From an uncultured Actinomycetes bacterium (GTDB lineage Bacteria; Actinomycetota; Thermoleophilia; RBG-16-64-13): a stretch of DNA of 64,000 nucleotides. Position numbers and translations under genes: made by a program. The notes beneath the pieces are model-generated. The model did not search any database. It was not told where the DNA came from and saw only the letters and a program-made list of their open reading frames with translations. Positions 47,081-57,991 of this stretch are shown here, one piece after another. Position 1 is the first letter of the stretch. The number at the start of each line of letters is the position of its first letter. The DNA lies in NCBI GenBank assembly GCA_963706025.1, contig CAVPLM010000008.1, positions 96,001-160,000 of the forward strand, given 5' to 3'.

Positions 47081-48922
47081 ATGTCGCTTTCGGCTGCACA
47101 CATACGAAACGTGGCGATAATCGCCCATATCGACCACGGCAAGACGACGCTGATCGACTCGATCTTCCGGGCCGCTCACGTCTTCCGCGAGAACGCGCGT
47201 GTGGAGGAGCGGGTGATGGACTCGCACGATCTCGAGCGCGAGCGCGGGATCACGATCCGGTCCAAGCACTGTACGGTGGATTGGAAGGGGTACCGCATCA
47301 ATCTGGTCGATACCCCGGGCCACGCCGATTTTTCCGGTGAGGTGGAGCGCGTGCTGTCCATGGTCGACTCGGTGCTCCTTCTGGTCGACGCCAACGAGGG
47401 CCCGATGCCGCAGACCCGCTACGTGCTCAGCCGTTCGCTGCGCCTCGGTTACCGCCCCATCGTCATCGTGAACAAGGTGGACCGCCCGCACGCCGATCCC
47501 CAGCGGGCCCTCGAGGAGACGTTCGACCTATTCCTCGAACTGGGCGCCACTGACGAGCAGGCCGACTTCCCCGTGCTCTATGGCTCCGGGCTCGACGGCT
47601 GGCTGGTCAAAGATCTCGATAGCGCCCGCAGGGAGGGCATGGACGATCTCTTCGAGACCGTCATAGAGAGCGTCCCCGCGCCCCACGTCGACAGGAGCAA
47701 ACCCTTCCGCATGCAGGTATCGACGCTGGCCTGGAGCGACTATCTCGGGCGTATCGGCTGTGGTCGCGCGCTCTCGGGCACCCACCGGCTCGGGGACGAG
47801 ATCGTGGTGACGAGCCCGTCGCTGGACACCGTCGTGACTCGCAGTTCGCACCTTTTCGCCACCCGGGGCCTGGAGCGCGCGGAGGTGGACGAGATCGGCG
47901 CCGGCGACATCGTCTGGATCGCGGGACCGGAAGAACTGCACATCGGCGACACCATCAGCTCTCCGGAGTTTGTCGATCCGGCACTGCCGCCGCTCGAGAT
48001 CGAGGAGCCGACGGTATCTATGTTCTTCCTCATCAATACCGGTCCGTTCGCCGGGGAGGAAGGCAAGGCGGTGACACTGCGCCAGATCAAGGACCGCCTG
48101 GAGCGCGAGGCCAGAGTGAATGTCGCGCTTCGCGTGGAAGATCTGGGCCGGTCCGACGGGGTGAAGGTGTCGGGACGGGGAGAACTCCACCTGGCCATCC
48201 TCATCGAGGAGATACGGCGGGAGGGCATCGAACTGTGCGTTTCGAAGCCCGAGGTCATCACGCGCCGGAACGCGGACGGCGACCTTCTCGAGCCCTACGA
48301 AGACCTCGTGGTCGAGGTGCCCGAGGAGTTCCAGGGTGTCGTCATCGAGAACCTTGCCCGGCGCAAGGGCGAGCTGATAGGGATGCATGCGGGAGACACA
48401 GGCGTCGTCCGGCTCGATTTCACCATCCCCACCCGCGGCCTGATCGGCTACCGCACCGAGTTCCTGACCGAGACGAGGGGGAATGGCGTGATGAGCTCGC
48501 AGGTCAGCGGCTATCGGCCATGGGCGGGAGAGGTGATGGCGCGCGACCGCGGCTCGCTCATCAGCATCGAGACAGGCCTCGCGACCGGCTACCAGCTGGA
48601 GAGCCTGCAGGCCCGCGGCACGCTCTTCATCTCGCCCGGCGATCGCGTCTACAAAGGCATGATCGTGGGCGAGCACTCACGGCCGGAGGATCTGGTCTGC
48701 AACCCGACCAAGACCAAAAAGCTGGGCAACTACCGCTCCGAGACCAAGGACATCGACGTGGGCCTGAAGGTCCCCCGCAAACCGAACCTCGATCAGGCCC
48801 TCGAGTGGATAGCCGCTGACGAGCTCGTAGAGGCCACTCCCAGCTCGGTTCGTCTCCGCAAGGCCATTCTGGACGCGGAACAGCGCAAGCGCGAGGATCG
48901 CCGAACGGCAGACGACCGATGA
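47081..48922 (+). CDS. typA: Translational GTPase TypA/BipA
   Basis: [44 protein letters not shown]. Confidence 0.96.
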   Translation: MSLSAAHIRNVAIIAHIDHGKTTLIDSIFRAAHVFRENARVEERVMDSHDLERERGITIRSKHCTVDWKGYRINLVDTPGHADFSGEVERVLSMVDSVLLLVDANEGPMPQTRYVLSRSLRLGYRPIVIVNKVDRPHADPQRALEETFDLFLELGATDEQADFPVLYGSGLDGWLVKDLDSARREGMDDLFETVIESVPAPHVDRSKPFRMQVSTLAWSDYLGRIGCGRALSGTHRLGDEIVVTSPSLDTVVTRSSHLFATRGLERAEVDEIGAGDIVWIAGPEELHIGDTISSPEFVDPALPPLEIEEPTVSMFFLINTGPFAGEEGKAVTLRQIKDRLEREARVNVALRVEDLGRSDGVKVSGRGELHLAILIEEIRREGIELCVSKPEVITRRNADGDLLEPYEDLVVEVPEEFQGVVIENLARRKGELIGMHAGDTGVVRLDFTIPTRGLIGYRTEFLTETRGNGVMSSQVSGYRPWAGEVMARDRGSLISIETGLATGYQLESLQARGTLFISPGDRVYKGMIVGEHSRPEDLVCNPTKTKKLGNYRSETKDIDVGLKVPRKPNLDQALEWIAADELVEATPSSVRLRKAILDAEQRKREDRRTADDR

Positions 48923-49079
48923 GGAGCTGGGGGCATGCCGGCAGGCGGGGACGATCCCCGAACGATGGATGAGATGATGCCACCCGGCGCCTGTGAAGGC
49001 GCCGGGCGTCGGACGTAAGTCGCGGCGACGATCGGCCGGGAGTCGCCCCCCAGACGGTCGCTCAGGTGGGCCCGGACTC

Positions 49080-50705
49080 CTACTGGGCGGCGTCCTTCGT
49101 CATGCTGAAGGTAACCGTGATCGGACTCTTGCGGTCCGCGGCCCTCAGGTAGGCGTGATCGACCCAGCCGTGGGCGAAATCGGAGTTCGGCCAGATCGTG
49201 AGCAACTGCTTCGACGGGACCTGATGAATCCACGCGTCGAGCATCATGGTGCTTGAGAGCGTCATCCCGGTGGGCAGCCCGGATGCCGTATCCAGGTTGT
49301 ACTCGCCGTTGGCCAGGATCGTCGTGCCCACGCTGAGGTCCAGAATCCACGGTTCGTTTCCCGTCGGCACATCGTGACCGAGCAGAGGCAGAAACGGCTT
49401 CATGTCAAAGCGCAGCGGGATGTCGATGTTGGTGACCGCCAAGTCGAAGCCAAGATCCGCGACTCCAGAAGCAAACGACAGGTAGTCGCCCTGGGTCTCC
49501 ACGTCCATGATCTTCTTGCCCAGGCTTGTGTAGGTCTTCTGGATGTCCAGGTGGTCGCCGGGCTTCGCCAGCTGCCCCGAATAGGGCAGCATCAGCGCCG
49601 AGGTGAACGGGGTGAGGAAGGTGGCCAACCCTGCCACCATCGTCTGGTCTAGAACCTGCTCAGGCTTGTCCTTGATCGCGTAGGAGATGCCGAGCACCGT
49701 GCCCTGGTCGTCCAGACGGAGAAGCAGGTATGCGGGTAGGATCTCAGCCATGGTGTCCTGGGCGTCTTCCGTGTCTTCAGGCAGAGTGAGCTCGTCGATG
49801 GTCAGCTTTATTGTCACCTGTCCGCTGCCCACTGCCAGGGTCTGTACGCTCACGTGGCCCGTGATGGTGCTGGCGGGAAGGATCTTATCCCAGACCCCAT
49901 CGTCCTCATGCTCCGCAGACCAGATGATCGGCGTGTTGATCGTGAACGTGAACCCCACGGGGCCGGCCGTCTTCAGATCGGCGAACATGGGCAGGGCCGG
50001 GTCCGCCAGACTGAGCAGATTCCAGAGCAGCTGGGCGCATTCCCCGCGGCTGGCCGCAGCGCCGAAGTTGAGCCCAGGGCCCACCCCCTGCAACCCGGCA
50101 AGGAGTCCCGCCGAGGCGGCCTTCCGGGCGTTGGCGAAGTGCTCCTCAGTCCCGAACTGCCCGACGGTGAAGCCTGGGTCGAATCCAGCCGGCGCATCGG
50201 GAAGATCAGCCGACCGGGCCACCATGGTGATGAGCTGCTGCCGGGTGATGTTGGCGTAGGGAGCAAACGTCGATGGGGTCGTCCCGACCGTTATGCCCTC
50301 GGCGGCGCACACTGCCACGTACTTGGCCGGGTAGAGCGGATCGTTGGGGTTTGGTGTGGCGTCCACGTCGGTGAAGAGGCAAGTCGCAGTGGCCGGGACC
50401 TCATAGCCCAGAGTCAGCACGATCATCTTCGCGAACTGCTGCCGTATAACAGGGTCATTCGGCTTGAAGACGTCACCCGGGAAACCATTGATAATGTGGC
50501 GAGCGGCCAGCTCGTCGATGGCCGTTGCATACGGGCTACCTACGGTGTCGGTGAATGCCAGCGCCAGACCCGATCCGGCAAGGACCAAGATGATCGCTGC
50601 CCCGAGGGTCGCAGCTAAAAGGAACGGCTTTCGACGCAACCGCTCTCGCCCCCTGCTGCTTCGGGACTCCCGAGTCACGTTTGGACAAGTGTCATGCCTA
50701 CCCAC
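49080..50705 (-). CDS. Secreted SLH-module protein with unknown C-terminal beta domain
   Basis: Signal ending ALA, FTD..IINGF..RQQFAKMIV..ASRGECAQLLWN. Confidence 0.85.
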   Translation of the reverse strand: MGRHDTCPNVTRESRSSRGRERLRRKPFLLAATLGAAIILVLAGSGLALAFTDTVGSPYATAIDELAARHIINGFPGDVFKPNDPVIRQQFAKMIVLTLGYEVPATATCLFTDVDATPNPNDPLYPAKYVAVCAAEGITVGTTPSTFAPYANITRQQLITMVARSADLPDAPAGFDPGFTVGQFGTEEHFANARKAASAGLLAGLQGVGPGLNFGAAASRGECAQLLWNLLSLADPALPMFADLKTAGPVGFTFTINTPIIWSAEHEDDGVWDKILPASTITGHVSVQTLAVGSGQVTIKLTIDELTLPEDTEDAQDTMAEILPAYLLLRLDDQGTVLGISYAIKDKPEQVLDQTMVAGLATFLTPFTSALMLPYSGQLAKPGDHLDIQKTYTSLGKKIMDVETQGDYLSFASGVADLGFDLAVTNIDIPLRFDMKPFLPLLGHDVPTGNEPWILDLSVGTTILANGEYNLDTASGLPTGMTLSSTMMLDAWIHQVPSKQLLTIWPNSDFAHGWVDHAYLRAADRKSPITVTFSMTKDAAQ

Positions 50706-50942
50706 TGTTCCTCCTCCCCGATACCACCGGACTCCTCAATACTCCGCCCGGCCGGGAAGTCCGTCAAGCCCCTTGCACCCCGGTTTGGCGTCCCGATGCG
50801 CGACTGCCGTGCCGGCGTCGCCCCCAGGCTCGCCAGGCGCTTGCACCAATTAGCCGCAAACCATAAACCCACGATGCCGCAAGCGCAGCAAGACGTGCTC
50901 GGTCATCCAGCACATCGAACCGTGGCCAAGTATAGTTTGGAC

Positions 50943-51404
50943 ATGACCACGATCTTCATCGACGCCGATGCCTGTCCTGTCACGCGCGACGCCATAGCAG
51001 TGGCCCGGTCGCGCTCGCTGCCGGTCGTCCTGGTCGCCAACCAGTCGCAGAACCTCTCCCACTTTGCGGGACGAACCGGGGTGGAGATCCTACAGGTGGG
51101 ATCGGGACGAGACTCCGCCGACTTCGCCATGGTGCCGCGGCTGAGTCCAGGGGACATCGTGGTGACGGGCGACATCGGGCTTGCAGCGATGGCCCTGGGC
51201 CGAGGATGCCGGGCCTTGAGCCCACGAGGTCGCCAATACCTGCCAACCACAATCGATGCCGAATTGGCCGTCCGTCATGCCGAGCAGCGACATCGACGCG
51301 CCGGGGGACGCACGACAGGACCTGCCCCGTTCCTGGACGAAGATCGGCAACGATTCCGAGAGTCGCTGGCGCGCCTCTTGACGGAGGATTCCCGCGCCGA
51401 CTGA
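50943..51404 (+). CDS. YaiI/YqxD (DUF188) family protein
   Basis: IFIDADACPV, DSADF, DIVVT.D.GLA, SPRG. Confidence 0.93.
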   Translation: MTTIFIDADACPVTRDAIAVARSRSLPVVLVANQSQNLSHFAGRTGVEILQVGSGRDSADFAMVPRLSPGDIVVTGDIGLAAMALGRGCRALSPRGRQYLPTTIDAELAVRHAEQRHRRAGGRTTGPAPFLDEDRQRFRESLARLLTEDSRAD

Positions 51405-51448
51405 TCCTCGCAGACTCCATCAGCGTTGACCGGGTTCGAGCCCCCCTC

Positions 51449-52104
51449 CCCGTTTCACTCGAGCTTCTCCAGCAGGTTCCACAGCATCTGGGCCACCTCA
51501 CCCCGGGTGGCATACCCGCCGGTGAGCCAGCCGGCCAGGGTGCCGGCCGGGCCCTGGATGCCGGCCAGGAGACCATTGAACTCGGCCCGCCTGATGTTGG
51601 CTCCGTGCGTGGGGTCTCCGTAGGAGAGTGCTCCCGTCCAGGCGAGGCCGGGAGTGGCCAGGGTGCCCGGCGCTAAGCGGTCGGCCGCTCGCACCACCAT
51701 GCTGATCACCTGAGCCCGGGTGATGTAGGCGTAGGGATCGAAGGTGGTCGGTGTCTTACCCAGGGTGATCTGGTTACGGGCGCAGACGGCCACGTATTCG
51801 TGGGGATAGAGACTGCTCGGGTCGTCTGCCCCCAGATCGGTGAAGGGAGCGGCCGGGTCGGGGAAGTCGGCTTCGACCGGCGTAAGCCCCAGCGTGCCCA
51901 CGATCATCTTGGCGAACTGCTGGCGCTTGACCAGGTCGTCGGGGCCGAAGGTGGTGGGGTCGTACCCGGACACGATCCCCCGGGCGGCCAGCCCTTCCAC
52001 CGCTTCCCGGTAGGGATGCCCGGCGGGAACGTCGGTGAAGGTGGGAGGTTCTTCGTCTTCCACCCAGAGGGCCCAGGCGATCTCGTTGTCGGAGCCATCG
52101 TTGA
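51449..52104. repeat. 656-bp direct repeat copy 1 (SLH cassette)
   Basis: Matches 53410-54065 at offset 1961; three mismatches seen by eye. Confidence 0.95.
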
Positions 52105-53377
52105 TCATCAGCGTGAACAGGTCTCCACACGCGGATGATATCTGGCTGTGGCCGAACGTGAGCATGGACGTGGTGCCCAACTTGATGTTCTGAACCAGCA
52201 CGTGGGGCTGGAGTGGAGTCGTGGAGAGGTCGACGACCTTCACATCCCACAATCGGTTGTCGGAGCCCCCGCCGTGACTACCAGATCGATATACCAGGTA
52301 GAACACCCGGTCGCCCTCCACGGCAACGACCTGCTCGGTTTTCGTGTCGTTCGTAAGCCGCGTCTTCTGTAGCGTGTTGAGATCAAAGGCGTACAGATCG
52401 TTCCCGTCCTCGGCTTCGCTACCCCTGGGCTCGGTCCAGGCGGCGTGGTCGTCGCCCAGAACATGGTCGAAATTGGAACAAGGCAATACTTGGAGGGTCA
52501 GCCCATCGGCGAGGCGGTAGAGGCACACCTGGAACGAGGAGACGAGGTCCTTGTAGAGGACCCAGTCCCCGCTGATCTGCGGATAGACACCCGTGTGAGC
52601 GTCGGTGGTCTGAGTGACGATCGTCGTCTTGCTGCCGGTGGCCAGGCTGTAGATCGACACCATCCGGTCCAAGTCCCTGCCGCTCTCGATCAGCACGCGG
52701 CCGTGGCTTACTCCAGCCACGCCGTCGCCCCAAGAGTTGTCGGTGACCTGGATCCACTCGTCGGCGGCGATGTTGTAGGCTCTGACCTCGCCGTCGCCAT
52801 CATTGACCGATTGGATCACGTGTCCACTCGCAACGGTCACGCTGGTTATGCCCGGGGCGAAGACGACAGGCACGAAGGGCCGCGTCACGCCGGTCGAGAT
52901 CGTGTGTAATTGCCAGTAATTCTGGAAGAGGTCTGCTGACGATCCCCACTTCTGGGAGTAGATCGTCACGTAGTCGCCATCGATGCTGAGCAAGGGCCTC
53001 TGACCCGACACGTGGGGGATCGTAGCGATCGTCTTCGTCGCACCCGTGGAGATCTGCCGCAGCCTGATGTTCCAGTTGGCTCCGGCGTCCTGGGCCCAGA
53101 CGAGATGGGTGGAACTGAGCCGGGGTCCGTAATCGTCGACGCTGTTGTTCGTCAGAACCCCCGTGGTCCAGTGGCCGGCGGCTTGAGCGTTCTGCGGCGG
53201 GAGGGCCGCCAGCGCCGCCAGAGCCAGGACCACGACCACCGCGACCAGAGCGGCGAGGCGCAGAACAGAAGGGACCGAACCGGCCTTGGACCTCACCTCT
53301 TCACCCCCCGAACTCAGGCCGAGGCGGACGGTACGTGATCGCGCGTCCGGGATTCGACCGGTAGCACCGTTGTCCAC
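51455..53377 (-). CDS. Secreted beta-propeller + C-terminal SLH-module protein A
   Basis: Signal ending AQA, TolB-like blades (LTNNSVDD, ISGDWV, RLTND), SLH module. Confidence 0.88.
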   Translation of the reverse strand: MDNGATGRIPDARSRTVRLGLSSGGEEVRSKAGSVPSVLRLAALVAVVVVLALAALAALPPQNAQAAGHWTTGVLTNNSVDDYGPRLSSTHLVWAQDAGANWNIRLRQISTGATKTIATIPHVSGQRPLLSIDGDYVTIYSQKWGSSADLFQNYWQLHTISTGVTRPFVPVVFAPGITSVTVASGHVIQSVNDGDGEVRAYNIAADEWIQVTDNSWGDGVAGVSHGRVLIESGRDLDRMVSIYSLATGSKTTIVTQTTDAHTGVYPQISGDWVLYKDLVSSFQVCLYRLADGLTLQVLPCSNFDHVLGDDHAAWTEPRGSEAEDGNDLYAFDLNTLQKTRLTNDTKTEQVVAVEGDRVFYLVYRSGSHGGGSDNRLWDVKVVDLSTTPLQPHVLVQNIKLGTTSMLTFGHSQISSACGDLFTLMINDGSDNEIAWALWVEDEEPPTFTDVPAGHPYREAVEGLAARGIVSGYDPTTFGPDDLVKRQQFAKMIVGTLGLTPVEADFPDPAAPFTDLGADDPSSLYPHEYVAVCARNQITLGKTPTTFDPYAYITRAQVISMVVRAADRLAPGTLATPGLAWTGALSYGDPTHGANIRRAEFNGLLAGIQGPAGTLAGWLTGGYATRGEVAQMLWNLLEKLE

Positions 53378-53409
53378 ATCTTAGGAGCGACTGGAGGAAT
53401 GCGCAATCT

Positions 53410-54065
53410 CCCGTTTCACTCGAGTTTCTCCAGCAGGTTCCACAGCATCTGGGCCACCTCACCCCGGGTGGCATACCCGCCGGTGAGCCAGCCGGCCAGG
53501 GTGCCGGCCGGGCCCTGGATGCCGGCCAGGAGACCATTGAACTCGGCCCGCCTGATGTTGGCTCCGTGCGTGGGGTCTCCGTAGGAGAGTGCTCCCGTCC
53601 AGGCGAGGCCCGGAGTGGCCAGGGTGCCCGGCGCTAAGCGGTCGGCCGCTCGCACCACCATGCTGATCACCTGAGCCCGGGTGATGTAGGCGTAGGGATC
53701 GAAGGTGGTCGGTGTCTTACCCAGGGTGATCTGGTTACGGGCGCAGACGGCCACGTATTCGTGGGGATAGAGACTGCTCGGGTCGTCTGCCCCCAGATCG
53801 GTGAAGGGAGCGGCCGGGTCGGGGAAGTCGGCTTCGACCGGCGTAAGCCCCAGCGTGCCCACGATCATCTTGGCGAACTGCTGGCGCTTGACCAGGTCGT
53901 CGGGGCCGAAGGTGGTGGGGTCGTACCCGGACACGATCCCCCGGGCGGCCAGCCCTTCCACCGCTTCCCGGTAGGGATGCCCGGCGGGAACGTCGGTGAA
54001 GGTGGGAGGTTCTTCCTCTTCCACCCAGAGGGCCCAGGCGATCTCGTTGTCGGAGCCATCGTTGA
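53410..54065. repeat. 656-bp direct repeat copy 2 (SLH cassette)
   Basis: Matches 51449-52104. Confidence 0.95.
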
Positions 54066-55248
54066 GCGAGGCGGCGATGAGATCTCCGGACATGGAGACG
54101 TTGCTTCCCCATCCAACTGCAGGAGGAGTGACTCGCTGGGCCAGCCGGTAGGGCTGCACAGGTGTCGCATCAAGGTCAACGACCATTAGATCGTACAGGC
54201 TGGCCTCGTCGACTGCCTTCACATAGACCACTCGGCCGCCCTCCGCGGTAAGGAGGAATTCGCGCGCATTGTCGGAAGTCAGCCGCGTCTTCTCCAGTGT
54301 ACGCAGATCAAGCGTGTAGAGGTCCACTCGATCGCTCAGGTCGCGCTCGGTCCAAAACGCGTAGTCGTCGGTCAAGATCCACCCCCGCGACGGAGAACCA
54401 TCCGTTTGAACGGTGAGGCCGTCGGCGAGCCGTTGCAGACAGATCTTATTCGACGTCAGGTTGGTGTAGCCGACCCAGTCCTTGCTGATCCGAGGAGTCA
54501 TGCCAAGGGAGTAGATGGAGGCGTCCCTTCTGGTGAAGATCGTCTTCAGGACCCCTGTGCTCAGGTCGCGGAACATGACACTCCGCTCGAAGGTGTGTGG
54601 GTGTCCCTCGACAAGGCTGGACGTCTCCCACACGATACGTCCGCGATCGATGCGGGGTTCGAAGTCAGTGACGTCATCATTCGTGACTTTGGTCCAGCCA
54701 TGGCTCGCGATGTTGTAGGCGACGATGTCGGGGTCGCCGTCATCGAACCTCAAGATCACGTAGGTGCCGTCGTTACCGTCGACGGAAGCGATCGTGACGT
54801 CAGTGGCGTCAGCTATCGTCAAGCTCTCGGTCGAGAGCTGGTAGAGATACCAACGATCGTGTCCGTGGCTGAATACCGCCAGGTAGTCGCCCCCGATGCA
54901 CAGGTCCGGGGCAAAGTCCGGGATGCCCACAGGCACGCTGACGATGGTCGTGGTAGTCCCCGTGGACAGCTCGCGTAGCCTGATGTTCCAACCGGAGCCG
55001 CCTCTCTGCGCCCAGACGAGGTGGGTGGAACTGAGCCGGGGATTCACATCGTCGACGCTGTTGTTGGTGAGCGCGCCCCCGGTCCAGTGGCCGGCGGCCT
55101 GGGCGTCCCCCGGGAGAGCCAGCAACACCCCGACTAGCAGGACCGCGAGTGCCAGGACCGAACCCGCCACGCGCGTCCAAAAAGGGATCGAACCGGCCTT
55201 GTGCTTCACGTCTTCATTCCCTGACTCATGCCGAGACAAACGGTACAT
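53416..55248 (-). CDS. Secreted beta-propeller + C-terminal SLH-module protein B
   Basis: Paralog of 51455-53377 with divergent propeller and near-identical C-terminus. Confidence 0.88.
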   Translation of the reverse strand: MYRLSRHESGNEDVKHKAGSIPFWTRVAGSVLALAVLLVGVLLALPGDAQAAGHWTGGALTNNSVDDVNPRLSSTHLVWAQRGGSGWNIRLRELSTGTTTTIVSVPVGIPDFAPDLCIGGDYLAVFSHGHDRWYLYQLSTESLTIADATDVTIASVDGNDGTYVILRFDDGDPDIVAYNIASHGWTKVTNDDVTDFEPRIDRGRIVWETSSLVEGHPHTFERSVMFRDLSTGVLKTIFTRRDASIYSLGMTPRISKDWVGYTNLTSNKICLQRLADGLTVQTDGSPSRGWILTDDYAFWTERDLSDRVDLYTLDLRTLEKTRLTSDNAREFLLTAEGGRVVYVKAVDEASLYDLMVVDLDATPVQPYRLAQRVTPPAVGWGSNVSMSGDLIAASLNDGSDNEIAWALWVEEEEPPTFTDVPAGHPYREAVEGLAARGIVSGYDPTTFGPDDLVKRQQFAKMIVGTLGLTPVEADFPDPAAPFTDLGADDPSSLYPHEYVAVCARNQITLGKTPTTFDPYAYITRAQVISMVVRAADRLAPGTLATPGLAWTGALSYGDPTHGANIRRAEFNGLLAGIQGPAGTLAGWLTGGYATRGEVAQMLWNLLEKLE

Positions 55249-55630
55249 GATCCCGTGTACGAGAATCGGTCGGCAACACCCTCACTGTAGCACTTGATGT
55301 ACCGCCATGGACCAAATAGCCGCCTAATTGGCCGTCTTGTGAGCAGCGGAGCCCTCGGGAATACGTGGTGGACACTGGGACGGCGGCCTCCTGAACCTCA
55401 TGTCGAGTGTTCGAGCCACTCCGGGGGCATTCGAGGTTCTCCCTGTTCAAGCCGCGTTGCTGCTACCACCGCCGGTGCCTACATCGGGGCCGAAACCGCC
55501 CGGTTGCCCCTGCCCCTACCGTCATGTGACCCTTACGTGACATGTTCACCTTCGACAAGAGAAGCACCCGCAGCTATTATTGCTGTATCCATCTGTGTAT
55601 GGCCGGGACGGAGAGAGGAGGGTCGTACGG

Positions 55631-57472
55631 GTGGAGAACGAAGAGGTAGTCTCTGGCTCGCTGGATGAGGGATTCGAGGCACTGCAGCAGCTCGTGGAAG
55701 CCCTCAAGGGGCGGGCGGAGACAGGCGTCCGCAAACCCCCCCTCGCCGAGTTGCTCGGGGATGTGTCTGCGGCACTCGCCGGTCTCCGCGCCAAAGCGCA
55801 AGGGGTCTGCCGGGAAAACGAAGAGCTCGCGTCGATCACGGCAGAGACCGAGAGGGAGCTACGGCGGGCCGAGGTGACCGAGCGACTCAGCAGCGAACGC
55901 TACCGGCAGATCGTCGAGCTTGCGAGCGAGGGCATCTGGATCATCGACGCCGATGACAAGACTTCCTTCGTCAACCAGCGCATGGCCGACATGCTCGGGT
56001 ACAGCGCGGAGGAGATGCTCGGCGAGCCGCTCTTCGTCTTCATGGATGAGGAGTGGCGCAAGGCTGCAGAGCGGAACGTGGATCGCCGTCGGCAGGGCAT
56101 CGGCGAGCAACATGACTTCCAATTCCGGCGTAAAGATGGCCGGCCGCTTGTAGCCGCCCTCTCCACGACGGCTATCGTGGATGAGCAGGGCCGATACCAG
56201 GGTGCTCTGGCTTTGGTCACCGACGTTACCGACCGGCGGCAGCTTGAGGCCGAGCGCGGCGAAGCGCTGCGGCTGAGCGAGGCACTCAGCGGGATGAATC
56301 TTACCCTGGGCACGATCCACCACCCCGATCAACTCATGAACCGAGTTATCACGGAGGCTGCCCAAGCGCTGGGGGCCGAATCGGCCCTTGTCAACCTCCG
56401 TCAGGACGGGCACTGGGTGGTGGCTTACACCCACGGGTACCCCGAGGAGCTCCTGGGACAGACGTTCCAGGACGACGAGTTCACGCTCAGCTCCCAGGTG
56501 ATGAGGCAGGGGTCTCCCATCGGCGTACCCGACGCCCTTGCCGACGACCGCTGCAATCGTGACGTAGTGTGCCGGTTAGGTATGCGGTCATTACTGGCAG
56601 CTCCGCTCTCCTCGCATGGCCGCCCGGTCGGCACCTTCGTGTTCGGCTTCCAGTCGCGACCCGTAGCTACGATCGAGACCCAGGTCGGCTTCGCTGCCCG
56701 CCTGGCTGCTTCGGTGTCCTTGGCCCTTGAGAACGCCCAGGCGTTCGAGCACCAGCGGATCATTGCCCAGAGCCTCCAGGAGGCGCTGCTGACCGTACCC
56801 CCGAGGCTACCCGGCGTGAAGTTCGGTCACGCTCATCGCTCGGCCACCATCGGCGCCGACGTGGGCGGGGACTTCTATGACCTCTTCCCCATGGATCGGG
56901 GGCACGTAGGTCTTCTCATCGGCGATGTCGCGGGCCGAGGTATCGGGGCGGCAGCATTGGCCAGCTTGGCCAAGAACGCCATGAAATCCTTCGCCTACGA
57001 GCATGGGGCTCCGGCAGCGGTCATGGCAAGGACCAACGAGGTCCTTTGGAGGCAGTCCAATGGGGCAAGTTTCATAACCGCCTTCTTTGGCAGACTGGAC
57101 CTCGCCACCGGTAGGCTTCGGTACGCCCGCGCCGGGCACCCGCCTCCCGTCATCCGGAAGAAGACCGGAAAGACTCTCTTTCTTGAGTCAGGATCCCCCG
57201 TTCTTGCAGCGTGGAACAAATCAGCCTATACAGAGGCCCAGGTCTCGCTCAAGAGCGGCGACCTCCTGTTTCTCTACACCGATGGAGCGACCGAGGCTCG
57301 TCGCGGTCCGGATTTCTTCGGGGAAGAAAGACTCGTCGATGTTCTCAGGAAGGTGGTGTCTCAACCAGTCGATCAAGTGCCCGCCGAAGTACTCAGGCAC
57401 GTCGTCGAGTTTGCAGGCGGAGCCTTGCCGGACGACCTCGCTCTTCTCGCGCTCAGCCTCGAAGGAAGCTGA
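55631..57472 (+). CDS. PAS-GAF-SpoIIE (RsbU-like) PP2C phosphatase
   Basis: EGIW..FVNQRMADMLGYS (PAS), GAF, VGGDFYD, IGDV.G, AGHP, YTDG.TE, DD. Confidence 0.92.
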   Translation: MENEEVVSGSLDEGFEALQQLVEALKGRAETGVRKPPLAELLGDVSAALAGLRAKAQGVCRENEELASITAETERELRRAEVTERLSSERYRQIVELASEGIWIIDADDKTSFVNQRMADMLGYSAEEMLGEPLFVFMDEEWRKAAERNVDRRRQGIGEQHDFQFRRKDGRPLVAALSTTAIVDEQGRYQGALALVTDVTDRRQLEAERGEALRLSEALSGMNLTLGTIHHPDQLMNRVITEAAQALGAESALVNLRQDGHWVVAYTHGYPEELLGQTFQDDEFTLSSQVMRQGSPIGVPDALADDRCNRDVVCRLGMRSLLAAPLSSHGRPVGTFVFGFQSRPVATIETQVGFAARLAASVSLALENAQAFEHQRIIAQSLQEALLTVPPRLPGVKFGHAHRSATIGADVGGDFYDLFPMDRGHVGLLIGDVAGRGIGAAALASLAKNAMKSFAYEHGAPAAVMARTNEVLWRQSNGASFITAFFGRLDLATGRLRYARAGHPPPVIRKKTGKTLFLESGSPVLAAWNKSAYTEAQVSLKSGDLLFLYTDGATEARRGPDFFGEERLVDVLRKVVSQPVDQVPAEVLRHVVEFAGGALPDDLALLALSLEGS

Positions 57473-57991
57473 ACGAAGCCGGCGGGGAGGACTCTCGCTC
57501 AGACCTCGCTTCAGCAGAGCAGCGTGACGTCTGCTCTGAGGGCCTCCGATAGCGACTCGAGGTGTATACTGAAGCGCAGCAGAGACGTTCTCTGCTCTCA
57601 GAAGGGCCAGAATGGGCACCGCACCCGTGAATTGTGCGCAGCAAGCGCAAACCCACTGTTGCCTTCCCGTCTTTTCCTCCTCCGCCAATCTCAACGGGCG
57701 CGTCGTCGCTGACCGGGCTCTCCGTCGCTCAGGGACCCACGCGCAACCCGAATCTACGACAGTTGACGAGCGAGAGGACACTACGGGGCCATGAGGATCG
57801 AAGTACAAGAGGCGCAGACATCGACGTCCGAGCGGCCGCTGTGGGTGTGGCGCGTCTGGCTCAACGGCCGCCTAAGCCAGGGATTCAGCCCGAGCGAAAA
57901 GGACGCAAAGCACCAGGCGGCTCTCGCGCAGCATCCCGTTCACGGCCGCTGACGCCAGCGCCAGGCATCCTGGGCGCGTCCGCCGGATCGG

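Noticed and set aside
51428-51452. CCGGGTTCGAGCCCCCCTCCCC as a third tRNA remnant
   Set aside because: Too short and degenerate in GC-rich DNA.
51449-54065. Diversity-generating retroelement TR/VR pair
   Set aside because: No reverse transcriptase, mismatches are not adenine-specific, and the repeat covers the constant anchor.
57880-57930. GGACGCAAAGC resembling a c-di-GMP-I riboswitch core
   Set aside because: No GGCAAAC/GNRA-capped stem upstream and no downstream gene on that strand.
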